Shown here: in pieces, positions 49,356-60,613 of the stretch | How the letters are laid out: every line of letters begins with the position of its first letter | Position numbering within the stretch: the stretch's first letter is position 1 | Assembly (NCBI GenBank): GCA_963663765.2 | Contig: CAXXUA010000004.1 | Location: 512,001 to 576,000, forward strand | Reading direction: 5' to 3' | Length of the DNA: 64,000 bases | Source: Candidatus Poribacteria bacterium | GTDB lineage: Bacteria > Poribacteria > WGA-4E > WGA-3G | Notes under the pieces: generated by a model | Database searches by the model: none | What the model was told of the DNA's origin: nothing | The model's input: the letters and a program-made list of their open reading frames with translations, nothing else | Position numbers and translations under genes: made by a program

Positions 49356-51407
49356 TCAGATGTCTTTAGTGCACATATACTGTTTCATATCCCACAATAG
49401 GACAGTACCATCATAACTGCCACTCGCCAGATATTTACCATCTGGTGAAAAGTCTAAATCTTGTACATCCGAAGAGTGTCCCCATAAAGTGTGTATGTTT
49501 TCACCAGTCGACATATCCCACAAGTGGATAGGTGCTTTGTCTAATCCCCATTTCCACCAAGCACCGGAAGCGAGGTACTTTCCACACGGGGAAAATGCTA
49601 ATGCCCACGGACGAATACACCCATGAGGTTGAAGGAGTATCATGTGTGATTCTAACGTAGTTGACTCCCACAATCGGATTTCGTTGATTAACCCATCTGC
49701 GCACCTTGCACCCAACCCGCCAGCAATCCAGTTACCACATGGCGAGAATACGATAGACTGCATGTATTGATTATCCTTCCATTGAAGATTCCCACCATTG
49801 ATGACCCGCTCAATTTCTTGTGGTTCACCTCTATATTTAGAGGCATCTTCTAAGGTTTCAGGTAAAGGAAGTGGTGAGATTTGTTCTCCTGTTTCAACAT
49901 TCCAGAGTAATGCGGTTCCATCCCTGGAGGAGGTAACGAATCGTTTTCCATCAGGATGGAATGCTATTGCCTCAATTGAACTTGTATGTCCTATAAGTGT
50001 GTGCAGTTTTTTCCATTGTGCGATATCCCAAACGTATAATTCGTCTCTCGTTCCTCCACTGACAAGATATTCACCAGTAGGAGAAAACGTCAAGGAATAG
50101 ATGTCTTTTTCATGTCCTGTTAGTTCGGTAACTAATACTTCAGATTCAATATTCCAGATTTGTATATCGTTGCCTCTTGTATCAATAGCCAAGAGTTGAT
50201 CATCTGGAGACAACGTCATGCATCCTCCTAAAGAACTGCGTTTGCCTGAAGGTGGGAGTATTCGTTGGACTTCCCGTTTACTAATATCACAAAATAACTT
50301 ACCAGTACCACTATAGTACCCACCGATCAATGTATTGTTATCTTGCATAAATGCAACCGAATAGGGAACACTTCCATATCCAGAAAAGAATGATTTTGTT
50401 GTAAAGTCACCTTCATGCCATATTTGGATTTTGCGGTTTTTGCATGTAATTGCGAATTTTGATCCATCGCTTGAAAACCTTGCGTAATTGTCTGTGTTCC
50501 CAATAGTGTTGAAGGTATCTAATATATTGTGTTGTGAAGCATCCCACATGACTACTTTGTCGCTATAGATGTCTGCAACTCGTAATGTTTCATCAGGTGT
50601 ATAAGCAAGTCTTACTCTTTCTCCTTGATATGTTTTGGGGTGCATTGCAAGAGATTTATCCTGAATATCCCATACTTGAACTGTAGCACCAAGGCTGGCA
50701 CTGGCAAGGTACTGTCCACAAGGTGAAAACAGGAGGGTATGTAATGGAGCAGTGTGTCCTGTGAGTTGCGTTATGTCTTCACCATTTTTTATATCTGAAA
50801 ACGTTACTGTTTCGGGTGAAGACACATAAGCAAATAGATTACTGTTGGGTGAAAAGGCGATGGGAAAACATGTGTCATTGACAGTACCTTCTTTCCTATA
50901 ATCGTTCCATTTTGTGTTTTCAATTTTAAAGTTACTGATAGGGACAATCTGTTCTTCGCGCCATGCATAAATAGCACTATGTCCGATTCCTGAAGCAGCG
51001 AGATATTGATTGTCCGGTGAAAAGCGTGCATGAAAGATGACATTACGTTCCTCAGTACCTCCCCAGTCAGTTCTTGCAACGCACTGTCCGTTATGTGTAT
51101 TCCAGACCTTGAGAATCCCATCTTGGTCACCTGTGGCAATCCAGGGTGAATCATGCGAGAAGGTGGCTACATTCATCATACCGCGTTCTGTTCCCCACAA
51201 TGCGCGGGGTGCCAAGGTATTCGTATCATATAACCAGAATCCGATTTGTGTTGCTACGGAAAGATATGCGGCATTATGTGAGAATTCGACATCAAGTCGT
51301 AATCCGTGTCCGAATCGGGCAATTGCGCCATCAGGAAGTTCCCAAGTTGTCACGTCTGTGTCGTTAATAGATCTAAGTGCAAGGGATAAAGAGTCTCTAT
51401 TTTCCAT
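49356..51407 (-). CDS. WD40-repeat protein without signal peptide (array 2)
   Basis: MENR...DVTTWELPDGAIARFG ... HTLWGH...LWDMKQY; AAAAGGAGA RBS. Confidence 0.92.
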   Translation of the reverse strand: MENRDSLSLALRSINDTDVTTWELPDGAIARFGHGLRLDVEFSHNAAYLSVATQIGFWLYDTNTLAPRALWGTERGMMNVATFSHDSPWIATGDQDGILKVWNTHNGQCVARTDWGGTEERNVIFHARFSPDNQYLAASGIGHSAIYAWREEQIVPISNFKIENTKWNDYRKEGTVNDTCFPIAFSPNSNLFAYVSSPETVTFSDIKNGEDITQLTGHTAPLHTLLFSPCGQYLASASLGATVQVWDIQDKSLAMHPKTYQGERVRLAYTPDETLRVADIYSDKVVMWDASQHNILDTFNTIGNTDNYARFSSDGSKFAITCKNRKIQIWHEGDFTTKSFFSGYGSVPYSVAFMQDNNTLIGGYYSGTGKLFCDISKREVQRILPPSGKRSSLGGCMTLSPDDQLLAIDTRGNDIQIWNIESEVLVTELTGHEKDIYSLTFSPTGEYLVSGGTRDELYVWDIAQWKKLHTLIGHTSSIEAIAFHPDGKRFVTSSRDGTALLWNVETGEQISPLPLPETLEDASKYRGEPQEIERVINGGNLQWKDNQYMQSIVFSPCGNWIAGGLGARCADGLINEIRLWESTTLESHMILLQPHGCIRPWALAFSPCGKYLASGAWWKWGLDKAPIHLWDMSTGENIHTLWGHSSDVQDLDFSPDGKYLASGSYDGTVLLWDMKQYMCTKDI

Positions 51408-51520
51408 AAAATATCTCCTTTTATTGCGAATGTACCCGCGAGGTATGGTAACCTCGCGCGTCGAGATGTTGTGCAATGCAAGCAGCATCACTATACGATA
51501 GATGAATTGACAATGTATCT

Positions 51521-53683
51521 TTAAGAGTTGATAAACGGTTTCATATCCCAAAGCAAGATGGTGCCATCATAACTACTACTGGCTAAAAGCGTGCCATCGG
51601 GCGAAAATTTGAGCGATAAGACATCAGTAGGATGTCCCCAGAAAGTATGGATATTTTCGCCAGTGGTGATATCCCACAAACGGACAGAGGTCTTTTGTTG
51701 TCCCTTTTCCCATTGTGGGTCCCATCGAGAACCAGAGGCAAGGTAATTACCACATGGTGAAAATGCAAGAGCGAAGGGTGCTTGGCAACCTGTGGGTTGA
51801 ATTAATGCCATTCGCACTTTGAAGGTAGTTGCGTCCCAAAGTCTAATTTCACCCCACATTCCACCAGCGATAATGTTATGGTGAGTAGAAGTCTGGAGTG
51901 CTCTAATGCGACGGGGACCTTCCTTCTGGCGCTCTTGGGCACGTTGAAGGTCTTGATGCATGCCTTTATATATAGAAGTCTTTACACATGGTTCTATATC
52001 AAGCAATCCGATTTGTTCGTCGCTTTTGAAATTCCAGACTATAGCAGCACCTCTTGGCGGACGAGTGAAAAACTGCTTACCATTCAAATCAAAATGCAAC
52101 TTCCAGCCCGGATATGTTTGTGGTGTTAGTGGCGCGTGATAGTGTTTTTCCCATTGCTGCACATCCCACACAGCGATACTATCTCCATAGATGATAACGA
52201 AGTATGCCCCTGTAGGCGAGAACCCTATCTTGGACACATGTGAGGATGGACTTTTGGGAAGTTCAGTGACTTGTGTGCCGGATGCAACATGCCAAATTTT
52301 AGTAGGAGTTCGGAGCCCCGCGGTGACGAGATATTCCTCTGTGGGAGAGAAAACCATATTACGCACTCGCGCGGGGTTTTCGGCGAATTCTGTAACCTGG
52401 GTTTTAGACAAGAGATTCCAAACTTCAATGGAATTTTCACTCTCTTCGGTGGTAGCCAGAAGTTCAAGACTGTTTGATAAAACTATGGAACTTGGTCCGT
52501 TAGGATTGCGGGTTTGGAAATGGAATGTGCGTTCCACTTGTCGCCGCTTAACATTCCATACACAGATCGCAGAGCGGGTTTTGTGGTTACTTACCAATCT
52601 ATGGCTATCATTAGAAAAACTTATTGGACTAACGTTCTGATGATGTACAGGGAGAGATGCAAGTGCTGCTGTCCCTTCTGTCCACACCTTGAGTTCACCA
52701 CGTCCATTTGCAACTGCGAATTGTGTGCCATCATTTGAAAAACAAGCACTTCCCTGATCTGGATTCCAAGATTCAAAAACATCTACCGTCTTCTGCTGCG
52801 TTGCATCCCATATCACTACTTCAATGCCTCCGATACCGGCAACACGTAAGGTGCCATCTGATGTATCAGAAGGTATTCCATATTTAATGTAACTATCTTC
52901 GCCATAAGGTGTCGGCGGCATCTCATAAGTGCCGTTATGAATGTTCCATACGTGAACACTATTTCCGCTATTGCAGGCAGCAAGATACCGTCCACAGTGA
53001 GAAAAGACGAGTTTGTAGCAACCCTCCTCATATTCATCGGGCAATTCAGCGATGTATTCGCCGGTTTTTACATCTAATATGGATGTTATATTAGCATCAG
53101 AAGTATATGCAAGAAGGTGTCCACCGGGTGAAAACGCCTTAGGAGATGATAGATAACGTCTTTTCGGTTTTGGTTTCACAGTGAAACTTGTCATAGGCGT
53201 GCTGATGTTTGTTTGCCAGGCGTGAGCAGCACAATGGAAACCACCGTAAGCGATAGCATTAGAAAAGGTTAAGTACTGTCCATCTTGAGAAAAAGTAAGG
53301 TTGCCAGCAATTGCCATACTACTCATCGAATTTCCGGGTACGTCTATTTTTCTCACACATTGCAGATTTTGTGAATCCCATATTTTGACAATACCATCCC
53401 AGTCACCTACAGCAATCCATTGTGCATCAGGGGAAAAGGAGATGGTTGAAACCATCCCCCGTTCTGTTCCCCACAATGCATAGTGCGTCATTGTATTGAG
53501 GTTGTACCACCAGCAACCTATGCGAGTTCCCACTACAAGGTGAGTCCCATCGGGTGAAAATGCTATTTTGCCTATCTGGCCTCTGCCTAAACGAGCAGTT
53601 GCTCCTTCGGGTAGTTTCCAAGTTGTCACATCCGTGTCTTCAAGTTGTTCAGGTTTGGGAATCGAAGTGTTTTTTCTTTTCAT
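51521..53683 (-). CDS. WD40-repeat protein without signal peptide (array 2)
   Basis: DVTTWKLPEGATARLG ... HTFWGHPTDV...LWDMKPFINS. Confidence 0.92.
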   Translation of the reverse strand: MKRKNTSIPKPEQLEDTDVTTWKLPEGATARLGRGQIGKIAFSPDGTHLVVGTRIGCWWYNLNTMTHYALWGTERGMVSTISFSPDAQWIAVGDWDGIVKIWDSQNLQCVRKIDVPGNSMSSMAIAGNLTFSQDGQYLTFSNAIAYGGFHCAAHAWQTNISTPMTSFTVKPKPKRRYLSSPKAFSPGGHLLAYTSDANITSILDVKTGEYIAELPDEYEEGCYKLVFSHCGRYLAACNSGNSVHVWNIHNGTYEMPPTPYGEDSYIKYGIPSDTSDGTLRVAGIGGIEVVIWDATQQKTVDVFESWNPDQGSACFSNDGTQFAVANGRGELKVWTEGTAALASLPVHHQNVSPISFSNDSHRLVSNHKTRSAICVWNVKRRQVERTFHFQTRNPNGPSSIVLSNSLELLATTEESENSIEVWNLLSKTQVTEFAENPARVRNMVFSPTEEYLVTAGLRTPTKIWHVASGTQVTELPKSPSSHVSKIGFSPTGAYFVIIYGDSIAVWDVQQWEKHYHAPLTPQTYPGWKLHFDLNGKQFFTRPPRGAAIVWNFKSDEQIGLLDIEPCVKTSIYKGMHQDLQRAQERQKEGPRRIRALQTSTHHNIIAGGMWGEIRLWDATTFKVRMALIQPTGCQAPFALAFSPCGNYLASGSRWDPQWEKGQQKTSVRLWDITTGENIHTFWGHPTDVLSLKFSPDGTLLASSSYDGTILLWDMKPFINS

Positions 53684-53814
53684 AAACTGTCTCCTTTTAT
53701 TTTCAATCTACTGGCGAGGTATTAGTTCCTCACACGCCTATTATATGAAACAGACTTTGAGAACCGTGTAATATTAAGGCATCACTATGTATCTATCAAT
53801 TGGCTTGAGATGTG

Positions 53815-55992
53815 TTAAGAACCGATAATAGATTTCACGTCCCAGAGAAGAATAGTACCATCATAACTCCCGCTTGCAAGAAGTTCTCCATCCGGTGAAA
53901 AATCGAGTGACCAAACATCAGTGGGGTGGCCCCAGAAGGTATGTATGTTTTCACCTGTATTAACATCCCACAAACGCACAGACATTCTTGTTTTTCCATT
54001 TTGCCATTTAGCACCCACAGCGAGGTAGTTACCACAAGGCGAAAACGCAGATGACTGAGGGTTCTGACATCCTGTAGGCGGAATTATCACCATATAGGTT
54101 TCAAAGGTAGTTGTATCCCATAATCGAATTTCGTTTCGACCACTCCTCCGTATCACACCAGCAATGCGCGTGCCGCAAGGTGATAACCTGAGTTTACCCC
54201 AGATCCGTTGAAAGACCGTTTCTGGCTGTTCGTGAAAGCGTTGAATATCTTGTGATGTGCCTTTATACAATGCGGTATCTATGCATACTGTTGTATCAAG
54301 TGAACCGGACTGTTTTCCACTTTTCATATCCCATACAAGAATTGGATTTTCGCGTGGCACAGTGAGAACATGTTTGTCGTTCGGATGAAACAATAGTTGC
54401 CAACGTTTAGAACTCTGCACCTCTGGAAGTGGGACGTGGTAGCGTTTTTCCCACCGCGTGGTATCCCATATTGTGAAACTATCTCCATAGAAACTGACAA
54501 AATATTCTCCTGTTCGTGAGAATCCCATTCTATTAATTCTTAAGGGGTTTTGAGAAAGTTCAGCGATTTGTGTGCTGGATGCAATGTGCCATATATTAAT
54601 AATTTTTTGAATATTGGTAGTGGCAAGATATTCTTCTGTCGGTGAAAACGTCATCCGAGTCACCCCTTTATGTTTTTCTGTGAGTTCTGCGACTTGGGTA
54701 TCTGACACGAGATTCCAAACTCTAATAATTTTATTTTCTTCTAAGGCTGCGAGTAGTTCCCTACTGTGAGAGATAGATATCACACCAAGTGAATTAGGAC
54801 GTGGAAGGTGGAATGTTTGTTTCACTTGTCGCAGCACAAGATCCCATAATCGATATCCGGTAGGATCGTGACTGCTGATCAATGTGCGACTGTCTTTGGA
54901 AAAGCGAACATAAACTACGCCTCTTGATATATGTGTAGGAAGAGACTTAACCGTTGATGGGTTACCCCGCGTCCACACCTGTAGTTCTCCGTATTTATTT
55001 CTGATGGCGAGTTGTGTTCCATCAGATGAAAAACACCCATTTAATGGTATCCAAGATTCCAGGGTATCCACCGTTTCCTGCCGCGTTATATCCCTGATCA
55101 TCACTTTACCGTTAGATATACCAGCAATCTGTAAGGTGCCATCCGGTGTATAAGCGGGGATACGAAACGTTCCTTGCTTTTCACTGTCACAATAGGCTGT
55201 TGGAGCTATTTCTAAGGTGCCGTTCTGAATATTCCAAACGTGGAGCTTGTTACCCCAATTGCAAGCAGCAAGATACTTTCCACACGGAGAAAACAGGAGT
55301 TTGTAGCAGCCTTCTCCCGGCGTATCGATGTAATCATCACGTAGTTTAGCGATTTGTTCGCCAGTTTCTACATGCATCACGGATGTGATATTCGCTTCAG
55401 GCGTATATGCGACAAGACTTCCATCAGGTGAAAGAGCTGTAGGGTGGACGTTCCGTTTTCCTGATTTCGGTTGAACAGTATAACTTGCAATGGGTGTGTC
55501 GGTATTTTCTTGCCAATCGTATACGGTAAAATGCCAACCACTACCATTATCACGGAAAAGTAAATTGGAACGTGTTAAGTGCTGCCCATCTTGTGAAAAG
55601 AGTAGATTGCCGGATAATCCCAACACACCTTCTGGGTTTTTAGGTATATCTATGTTCGCAACACATTGCAGGTTTTGTGTATCAAATATCTTCACATCTC
55701 CATTCCAATTTCCAGTAGCAAGCCATCGGGCATCTTGTGAAAAGGCGATGTCGTATAGTATTCCTTGCTCGGAATTCCACCATGCGCGAAGTTCCATTGT
55801 ATTGAGGTCATACCACCAACAACCGATAGTCGTTGCAACAACAAGTACCATACCGTCGGGTGAAAATGCCATATCACCGCTTATCCAACCCGTTCCTATA
55901 CGGGCAGTCGCACCCTCTGGGAGATTCCAAGTAGTTATATCTGTGCTGTCAATAGGTCTAAATACGGAAGTTGCATGTTTTCTGTTTTCCAT
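53815..55992 (-). CDS. WD40-repeat protein without signal peptide (array 2)
   Basis: MENRK...DITTWNLPEGATARIG ... HTFWGHPTDV. Confidence 0.92.
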   Translation of the reverse strand: MENRKHATSVFRPIDSTDITTWNLPEGATARIGTGWISGDMAFSPDGMVLVVATTIGCWWYDLNTMELRAWWNSEQGILYDIAFSQDARWLATGNWNGDVKIFDTQNLQCVANIDIPKNPEGVLGLSGNLLFSQDGQHLTRSNLLFRDNGSGWHFTVYDWQENTDTPIASYTVQPKSGKRNVHPTALSPDGSLVAYTPEANITSVMHVETGEQIAKLRDDYIDTPGEGCYKLLFSPCGKYLAACNWGNKLHVWNIQNGTLEIAPTAYCDSEKQGTFRIPAYTPDGTLQIAGISNGKVMIRDITRQETVDTLESWIPLNGCFSSDGTQLAIRNKYGELQVWTRGNPSTVKSLPTHISRGVVYVRFSKDSRTLISSHDPTGYRLWDLVLRQVKQTFHLPRPNSLGVISISHSRELLAALEENKIIRVWNLVSDTQVAELTEKHKGVTRMTFSPTEEYLATTNIQKIINIWHIASSTQIAELSQNPLRINRMGFSRTGEYFVSFYGDSFTIWDTTRWEKRYHVPLPEVQSSKRWQLLFHPNDKHVLTVPRENPILVWDMKSGKQSGSLDTTVCIDTALYKGTSQDIQRFHEQPETVFQRIWGKLRLSPCGTRIAGVIRRSGRNEIRLWDTTTFETYMVIIPPTGCQNPQSSAFSPCGNYLAVGAKWQNGKTRMSVRLWDVNTGENIHTFWGHPTDVWSLDFSPDGELLASGSYDGTILLWDVKSIIGS

Positions 55993-56129
55993 AGAGATGT
56001 CTCCTTTTATTGCCAATGGACACGCGAGATATGACACCCGCGTGCACCGAAGCATTATGTAAAATTGACTAAGAGAGTTATGCGATACAAGCAGCATCGC
56101 TATGTAATAGATGAATTGACAAGGAATAT

Positions 56130-58217
56130 TTAAGGGGCAATAAACGGTTTCATATCCCAAAGTAGGATAGTGCCATCAAAACTACCACTTGCAAGAAATT
56201 TTCCATCCGGTGAAAATGCTAAATCCTGCACATCCGTTGTATGTCCCCAGAATGTGTGTATGTTTTTTCCTGTTGCGACCTCCCATATTCGTATGGACAC
56301 TTTCTCCAATCCTTTTCTCCACCACGACCCAGAGACGAGGTATTTTCCGCAAGGAGAAAATGTAAGTGCAAACGGTCTGCTACACGTTTCGGGAGGTAGT
56401 ATGAGCCTGTGGGTTTCTAAGGTCGCTGCATCTCGCAACCGTATATGTTCCCGTATCCCGCAAGCGATAGTAGTGCCGCAAGGAGAGAAAGCGAGTCTGT
56501 TTGGGGTACACTTATATTGATTGTTCATTTTTCTACAAATCTGAATATATTGGTGTATCTGCTCTGGATCACCTTTATACATATAAAGAGGAATATCTTC
56601 TGGCAGTTCTGTAGGGAACACTCTGATCTGTTCACCGTTTATAATATCCCAGAGCATTCCAGCACTCCCTTTTGGTGCTGTAGCGAGTTGTTTTCCATCG
56701 GGGTGGAATGCAGTAGTCAAAATCATTCGGTTGTCTCCTATGAGTGTATTGATTTTCTCCCCAGACTGTGTATCCCAGACACCGATATCACCTGTGGACG
56801 CTGCGCCTATGAAATGTTCACCTATAGGTGAAAAACGCATTTCACGCGCAAATCCCTTACTGTCTGAGAGTTTTGTGATGAGGGTTTCAGACGCAATATT
56901 CCAGATTTCAATCGACCCCTTTGGAAGGTCGCAAAGTGCCAGTTTTTCCCAACAAGGCGACAAGGCACTGAGACGATACCACTGCTGTTTTTCTTCTGCC
57001 GTGAGATTTTCAGTGAGAGCTGTGCGTTGTGCTTGTATCTTCGACGTTGGAAATATCTGTTCTGTTTTTCGCTGTGCCACATTCCAGAATACATGATACA
57101 TACCAAACGCGTGTCCGCTTGCTAATGTCTTACCGTTGTTAGAAAAAGCAACCGAATGTGGAACAGGTTTATGATCAGCAGGACTTGAAACTTTACTTGA
57201 TTGTGACCCAACTGTCCACACACAGAGATCGCTGCGTGAGAGGATCGTTGCGATGTGTGCGCCATCGGGTGAAAAGTGTAAATGATGTCCGCCGTAAAAG
57301 TGATCATGCCAGGGTTTTTCACGTTCAAATGTATCTATTTTTTCTTTTCGGATAGCATCCCAAATCACAACTTTATAGTCGTAAATATCGGCAACGCGTA
57401 GTGTGCCATCGGTTGTATAGGCAGGGATTAACCTCCTCCCATCATAAGTAGTGGGTTCCGTTTCCAAAGTGCCTTTGTAAACATTCCACACTAACACTTC
57501 ATTGTTCCGATCAGCAGCAGCTATATATTGTCCACAAGGGGAAAAGACGAGATGACGGTATGTAGACAGTGCCGAGGATCGGCTAAGATGTGCTATGTGT
57601 TCACCAGTTTCTATATCTGAGATAGTAAGAATGTTGCGGTGATTTTCAGCGGACATGTAGGCGAGTAGATTACCTATCGGTGAGAAACAGATAGGAAAGT
57701 GGTGTACCCTCTCTGCTACGTCAATAGGGTAGCAAATAGTAGGTTTATCAGTGTTTTGTTGCCATGCGTAGACAACATTTTGTTTATCAAAACAAGATGC
57801 TGCTAAGTAGGCGTTGTCCCGAGAAAAATTTAGGTTCCCAAAACACCCGGTCGTTGCCTCTACATTCTTGCGATGGTCTATCTTCGCAAGACACTGTAGC
57901 GTCTGAGTGTCCCACACCTTCAAAACGCTATCCTGATTACTGGTGGCAATCAACTGTGCATCGTGTGAAAAGGCAATGGTATCAAGCATCCCGCTTTCGG
58001 TTTCAATCAAGTTGAGCGGTTTCAGCGATGATCGGTCATACAACCAACAACCTATAGGCGTTGCGACAGCAAGATATTTACCATCAGCAGAAAAGGACAT
58101 ATCCTTTACTCGTCCTCGCGCTAATCTACCGATCGCACCTTCTGGAAGTTTCCAAGTAGTCACATCTGTACGATCAAGTGGTTTCAATACTGAAGTTGAA
58201 TGTTTTCTGTTTTGCAA
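56130..58217 (-). CDS. WD40-repeat protein without signal peptide (array 2), TTG start
   Basis: DVTTWKLPEGAIGRL ... HTFWGHTTDV...LWDMKPFIAP. Confidence 0.92.
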   Translation of the reverse strand: MQNRKHSTSVLKPLDRTDVTTWKLPEGAIGRLARGRVKDMSFSADGKYLAVATPIGCWLYDRSSLKPLNLIETESGMLDTIAFSHDAQLIATSNQDSVLKVWDTQTLQCLAKIDHRKNVEATTGCFGNLNFSRDNAYLAASCFDKQNVVYAWQQNTDKPTICYPIDVAERVHHFPICFSPIGNLLAYMSAENHRNILTISDIETGEHIAHLSRSSALSTYRHLVFSPCGQYIAAADRNNEVLVWNVYKGTLETEPTTYDGRRLIPAYTTDGTLRVADIYDYKVVIWDAIRKEKIDTFEREKPWHDHFYGGHHLHFSPDGAHIATILSRSDLCVWTVGSQSSKVSSPADHKPVPHSVAFSNNGKTLASGHAFGMYHVFWNVAQRKTEQIFPTSKIQAQRTALTENLTAEEKQQWYRLSALSPCWEKLALCDLPKGSIEIWNIASETLITKLSDSKGFAREMRFSPIGEHFIGAASTGDIGVWDTQSGEKINTLIGDNRMILTTAFHPDGKQLATAPKGSAGMLWDIINGEQIRVFPTELPEDIPLYMYKGDPEQIHQYIQICRKMNNQYKCTPNRLAFSPCGTTIACGIREHIRLRDAATLETHRLILPPETCSRPFALTFSPCGKYLVSGSWWRKGLEKVSIRIWEVATGKNIHTFWGHTTDVQDLAFSPDGKFLASGSFDGTILLWDMKPFIAP

Positions 58218-58231
58218 GAAATAAGCTCCTT

Positions 58232-58368
58232 TATAGTGGATTTTAGAATTATTTTTACACTTTCAGGTGTAGGCGGGAACTCCGATTCCCGACTATCAAG
58301 GCGTTCAGTCGCGATTCGGAGATCGCTCCTACAGAAGAGGTTTAAACTTAATTGTATATTTCACTATA
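58232..58368. mobile_element. MITE with TATAGTG ends carrying a GTAG REP pair
   Basis: TATAGTGGATTTTAGAATTA / TAATTGTATATTTCACTATA; interrupts the conserved array-2 spacer next to the RBS; second copy from 63898. Confidence 0.8.
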
Positions 58369-58486
58369 ATTCTCAATAGACGCGAGAGGACCGGTAACCT
58401 CGCGCATCGAGATGTTATGCGAAGTTAGCATAGAATAGTGCAATGTAACCGTATCGCTATGTAATAGATGAATTGACGAGAAATGT

Positions 58487-60472
58487 TTAAGTGTTAATCA
58501 ACGGTTTCATATCCCACAATAAAATAGTGCCGTCATAACTACCACTTGCCAGAAGTTCCCCATCCTTTGAAAAAGCGAGATTTTGCACATCTGAAGTATG
58601 CCCCCAGAAGGTATGGATGTTTTCACCTGTGGCGACCTCCCATAAACGGATAGAGACTCTGTCTGTTTTGTTCCACCAAGAACCAGAGGCAAGATACCGA
58701 CCACATGGAGAAAACACAACGACACCGACAAGGTAGCAACTCTCAGGTAGAATCATCCCCATGTGCGGCTCCAAAGTTGTAGCATCCCATAGATGAACTC
58801 CACCGCATAATCCACCAGCCAAAAAAGTGCCACAAGGTGAAAACGCAATTGAATGGAGATTCTTTGACAGTTTGTTACGTGGCTGGGTTTGTCTCTGGAT
58901 TTGTCGCATATCTCCTTTATATAGTGTAATAAAGGTGGAGTCTACAGAAAGTGAACCAAGCTGTTCACCACTCGTAACGTCCCACAGAAATATACCATAC
59001 CCGTCAGTAGTAGCGAATTGCTGTCCGTTGGGGTGAAAGGATGCTGTCCGAAGCGGCTCAGCATGCCCTATAAATGCATGCTGCTTTTCCCAACTTTGGA
59101 TACGCCACACAATGAGTTTTCCATCTACATCTCCGCCGACGAGGTGTTCCCCTGATGGTGAAAACACCACGGTGGTGATAAAACTTTGGTGTCCGGTGAG
59201 TTCTGCTATTCGGGTACCGGACATAATGTTCCAGACTTCAAGCGTTTGTCCACTTTCTCCGATGAGAGCCAACAATTCTTCACAAGGGGACAGCGCACAC
59301 CTTTTACCTCCGCTCTTTTGTGGAGTCGGGGGAGGTGACACCTGTTTCTGGACAACATCCCAGAAAACTGTATCTGCATACCAGTGTTGGCAAAGCAGCA
59401 TCTTGTCCGATTGATAAAAAAACAGAGATTCTGGCACCTGATTAGGCACTGTGAGCGGTGCTACTATGGCAGGGGAGCCTGCACGCCACACGCGGATATC
59501 GCTGTTGGTGAGAATTGCGAACTGTTGTCCATCAGTCGAGATACATTGTTCTATTCTACATATTTCTGGTGGATATTCAATGGTATCAAGTTTTTCACCC
59601 CGGGACACATCCCACATCACTACCTTGTCTTCATAAATATCTGCCACCCGTAATGCTCCATCAGGGGAATAGGCGAGAATCGCCCGAGTTCCATTGTAGT
59701 CTGTGTATGTTGTCTCCAATATCTCTTTATCAATATTCCACACTTGCACCTCAATGTTCTCACGTGTCGTCGGGTCCTGAATACTCGCAGCAAGAAACTG
59801 ACTACAAGGTGAAAAGACGAGATCATACACATGCCCTGATTCGCGCAGATGACGCAGATAAGCAAAGCATTCTTTCGTTTTTAGGTTTCGAACAGTAAGG
59901 GTGGTCCAGTCAGAAGCATAAGCGAGCAGCTGCCCATCGGGTGAAAAGCAGATTGGGAAACGGGCAGGAGAGCGTTCACCTTCCTTCAGTGTGCCTCCCA
60001 CTTTGAAACTTGCGACATGTTGGCCGGTTTTTGTGCACCAGATGTAAACGTCGCCGTATCCGTTGCCAGATGCGGCGATGTATTGGCTATCCGGTGAAAA
60101 GGCAAGTTGGGAGGTGCCTCCGTGCCAGCCTCGTATTTTCGCAACACACCGCCGGGTCTCTATTTCTCGCACCTTGATAATGCCATCCCCGTTGCTAGTA
60201 GCAACACATTTTCCATCGGGTGAAAGGACGACGTTAGAAAGCATGCCCCGTTCGGTTTCAAATAATGTGACGGGCTGCATGGTGTCGAGTTCATACATCC
60301 ATACCCCGACGCGAGTTGCAACAGCGAGAGACGCGTTATCCGGTGAAAACGCCATGTCAAATACGAGTCCTTGTCCCAATCGTGCAATTGCCAGTTCGGG
60401 GAGTTCCCATGTTGTCACATCCGTGTCGTGGTTAGGTCTAATTGAAGGTGTTATAGGTTCTCTGTTTTTCAA
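58487..60472 (-). CDS. WD40-repeat protein without signal peptide (array 2), TTG start
   Basis: DVTTWELPELAIARLG ... HTFWGHTSDV...LWDMKPLINT. Confidence 0.92.
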   Translation of the reverse strand: MKNREPITPSIRPNHDTDVTTWELPELAIARLGQGLVFDMAFSPDNASLAVATRVGVWMYELDTMQPVTLFETERGMLSNVVLSPDGKCVATSNGDGIIKVREIETRRCVAKIRGWHGGTSQLAFSPDSQYIAASGNGYGDVYIWCTKTGQHVASFKVGGTLKEGERSPARFPICFSPDGQLLAYASDWTTLTVRNLKTKECFAYLRHLRESGHVYDLVFSPCSQFLAASIQDPTTRENIEVQVWNIDKEILETTYTDYNGTRAILAYSPDGALRVADIYEDKVVMWDVSRGEKLDTIEYPPEICRIEQCISTDGQQFAILTNSDIRVWRAGSPAIVAPLTVPNQVPESLFFYQSDKMLLCQHWYADTVFWDVVQKQVSPPPTPQKSGGKRCALSPCEELLALIGESGQTLEVWNIMSGTRIAELTGHQSFITTVVFSPSGEHLVGGDVDGKLIVWRIQSWEKQHAFIGHAEPLRTASFHPNGQQFATTDGYGIFLWDVTSGEQLGSLSVDSTFITLYKGDMRQIQRQTQPRNKLSKNLHSIAFSPCGTFLAGGLCGGVHLWDATTLEPHMGMILPESCYLVGVVVFSPCGRYLASGSWWNKTDRVSIRLWEVATGENIHTFWGHTSDVQNLAFSKDGELLASGSYDGTILLWDMKPLINT

Positions 60473-60613
60473 AAATTATCTCCTTTATTGTGGTATATGA
60501 GACGCAAGACTCGGTAACTTCATGCTCTGATATGTTATGTGAAATTGACTGACAGAGTTGTGTAATGCGACAGGTATCGCAATGCTATAAATGAATTGAT
60601 AAGGAATGTCTAA

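Noticed and set aside
51408-56160. Long N-terminal extensions (MGYETVY...) on ORFs 49356..51551 and 53815..56160
   Set aside because: They overlap the upstream gene's end and the conserved spacer. RBS position and paralog alignment place the starts at 51407 and 55992.
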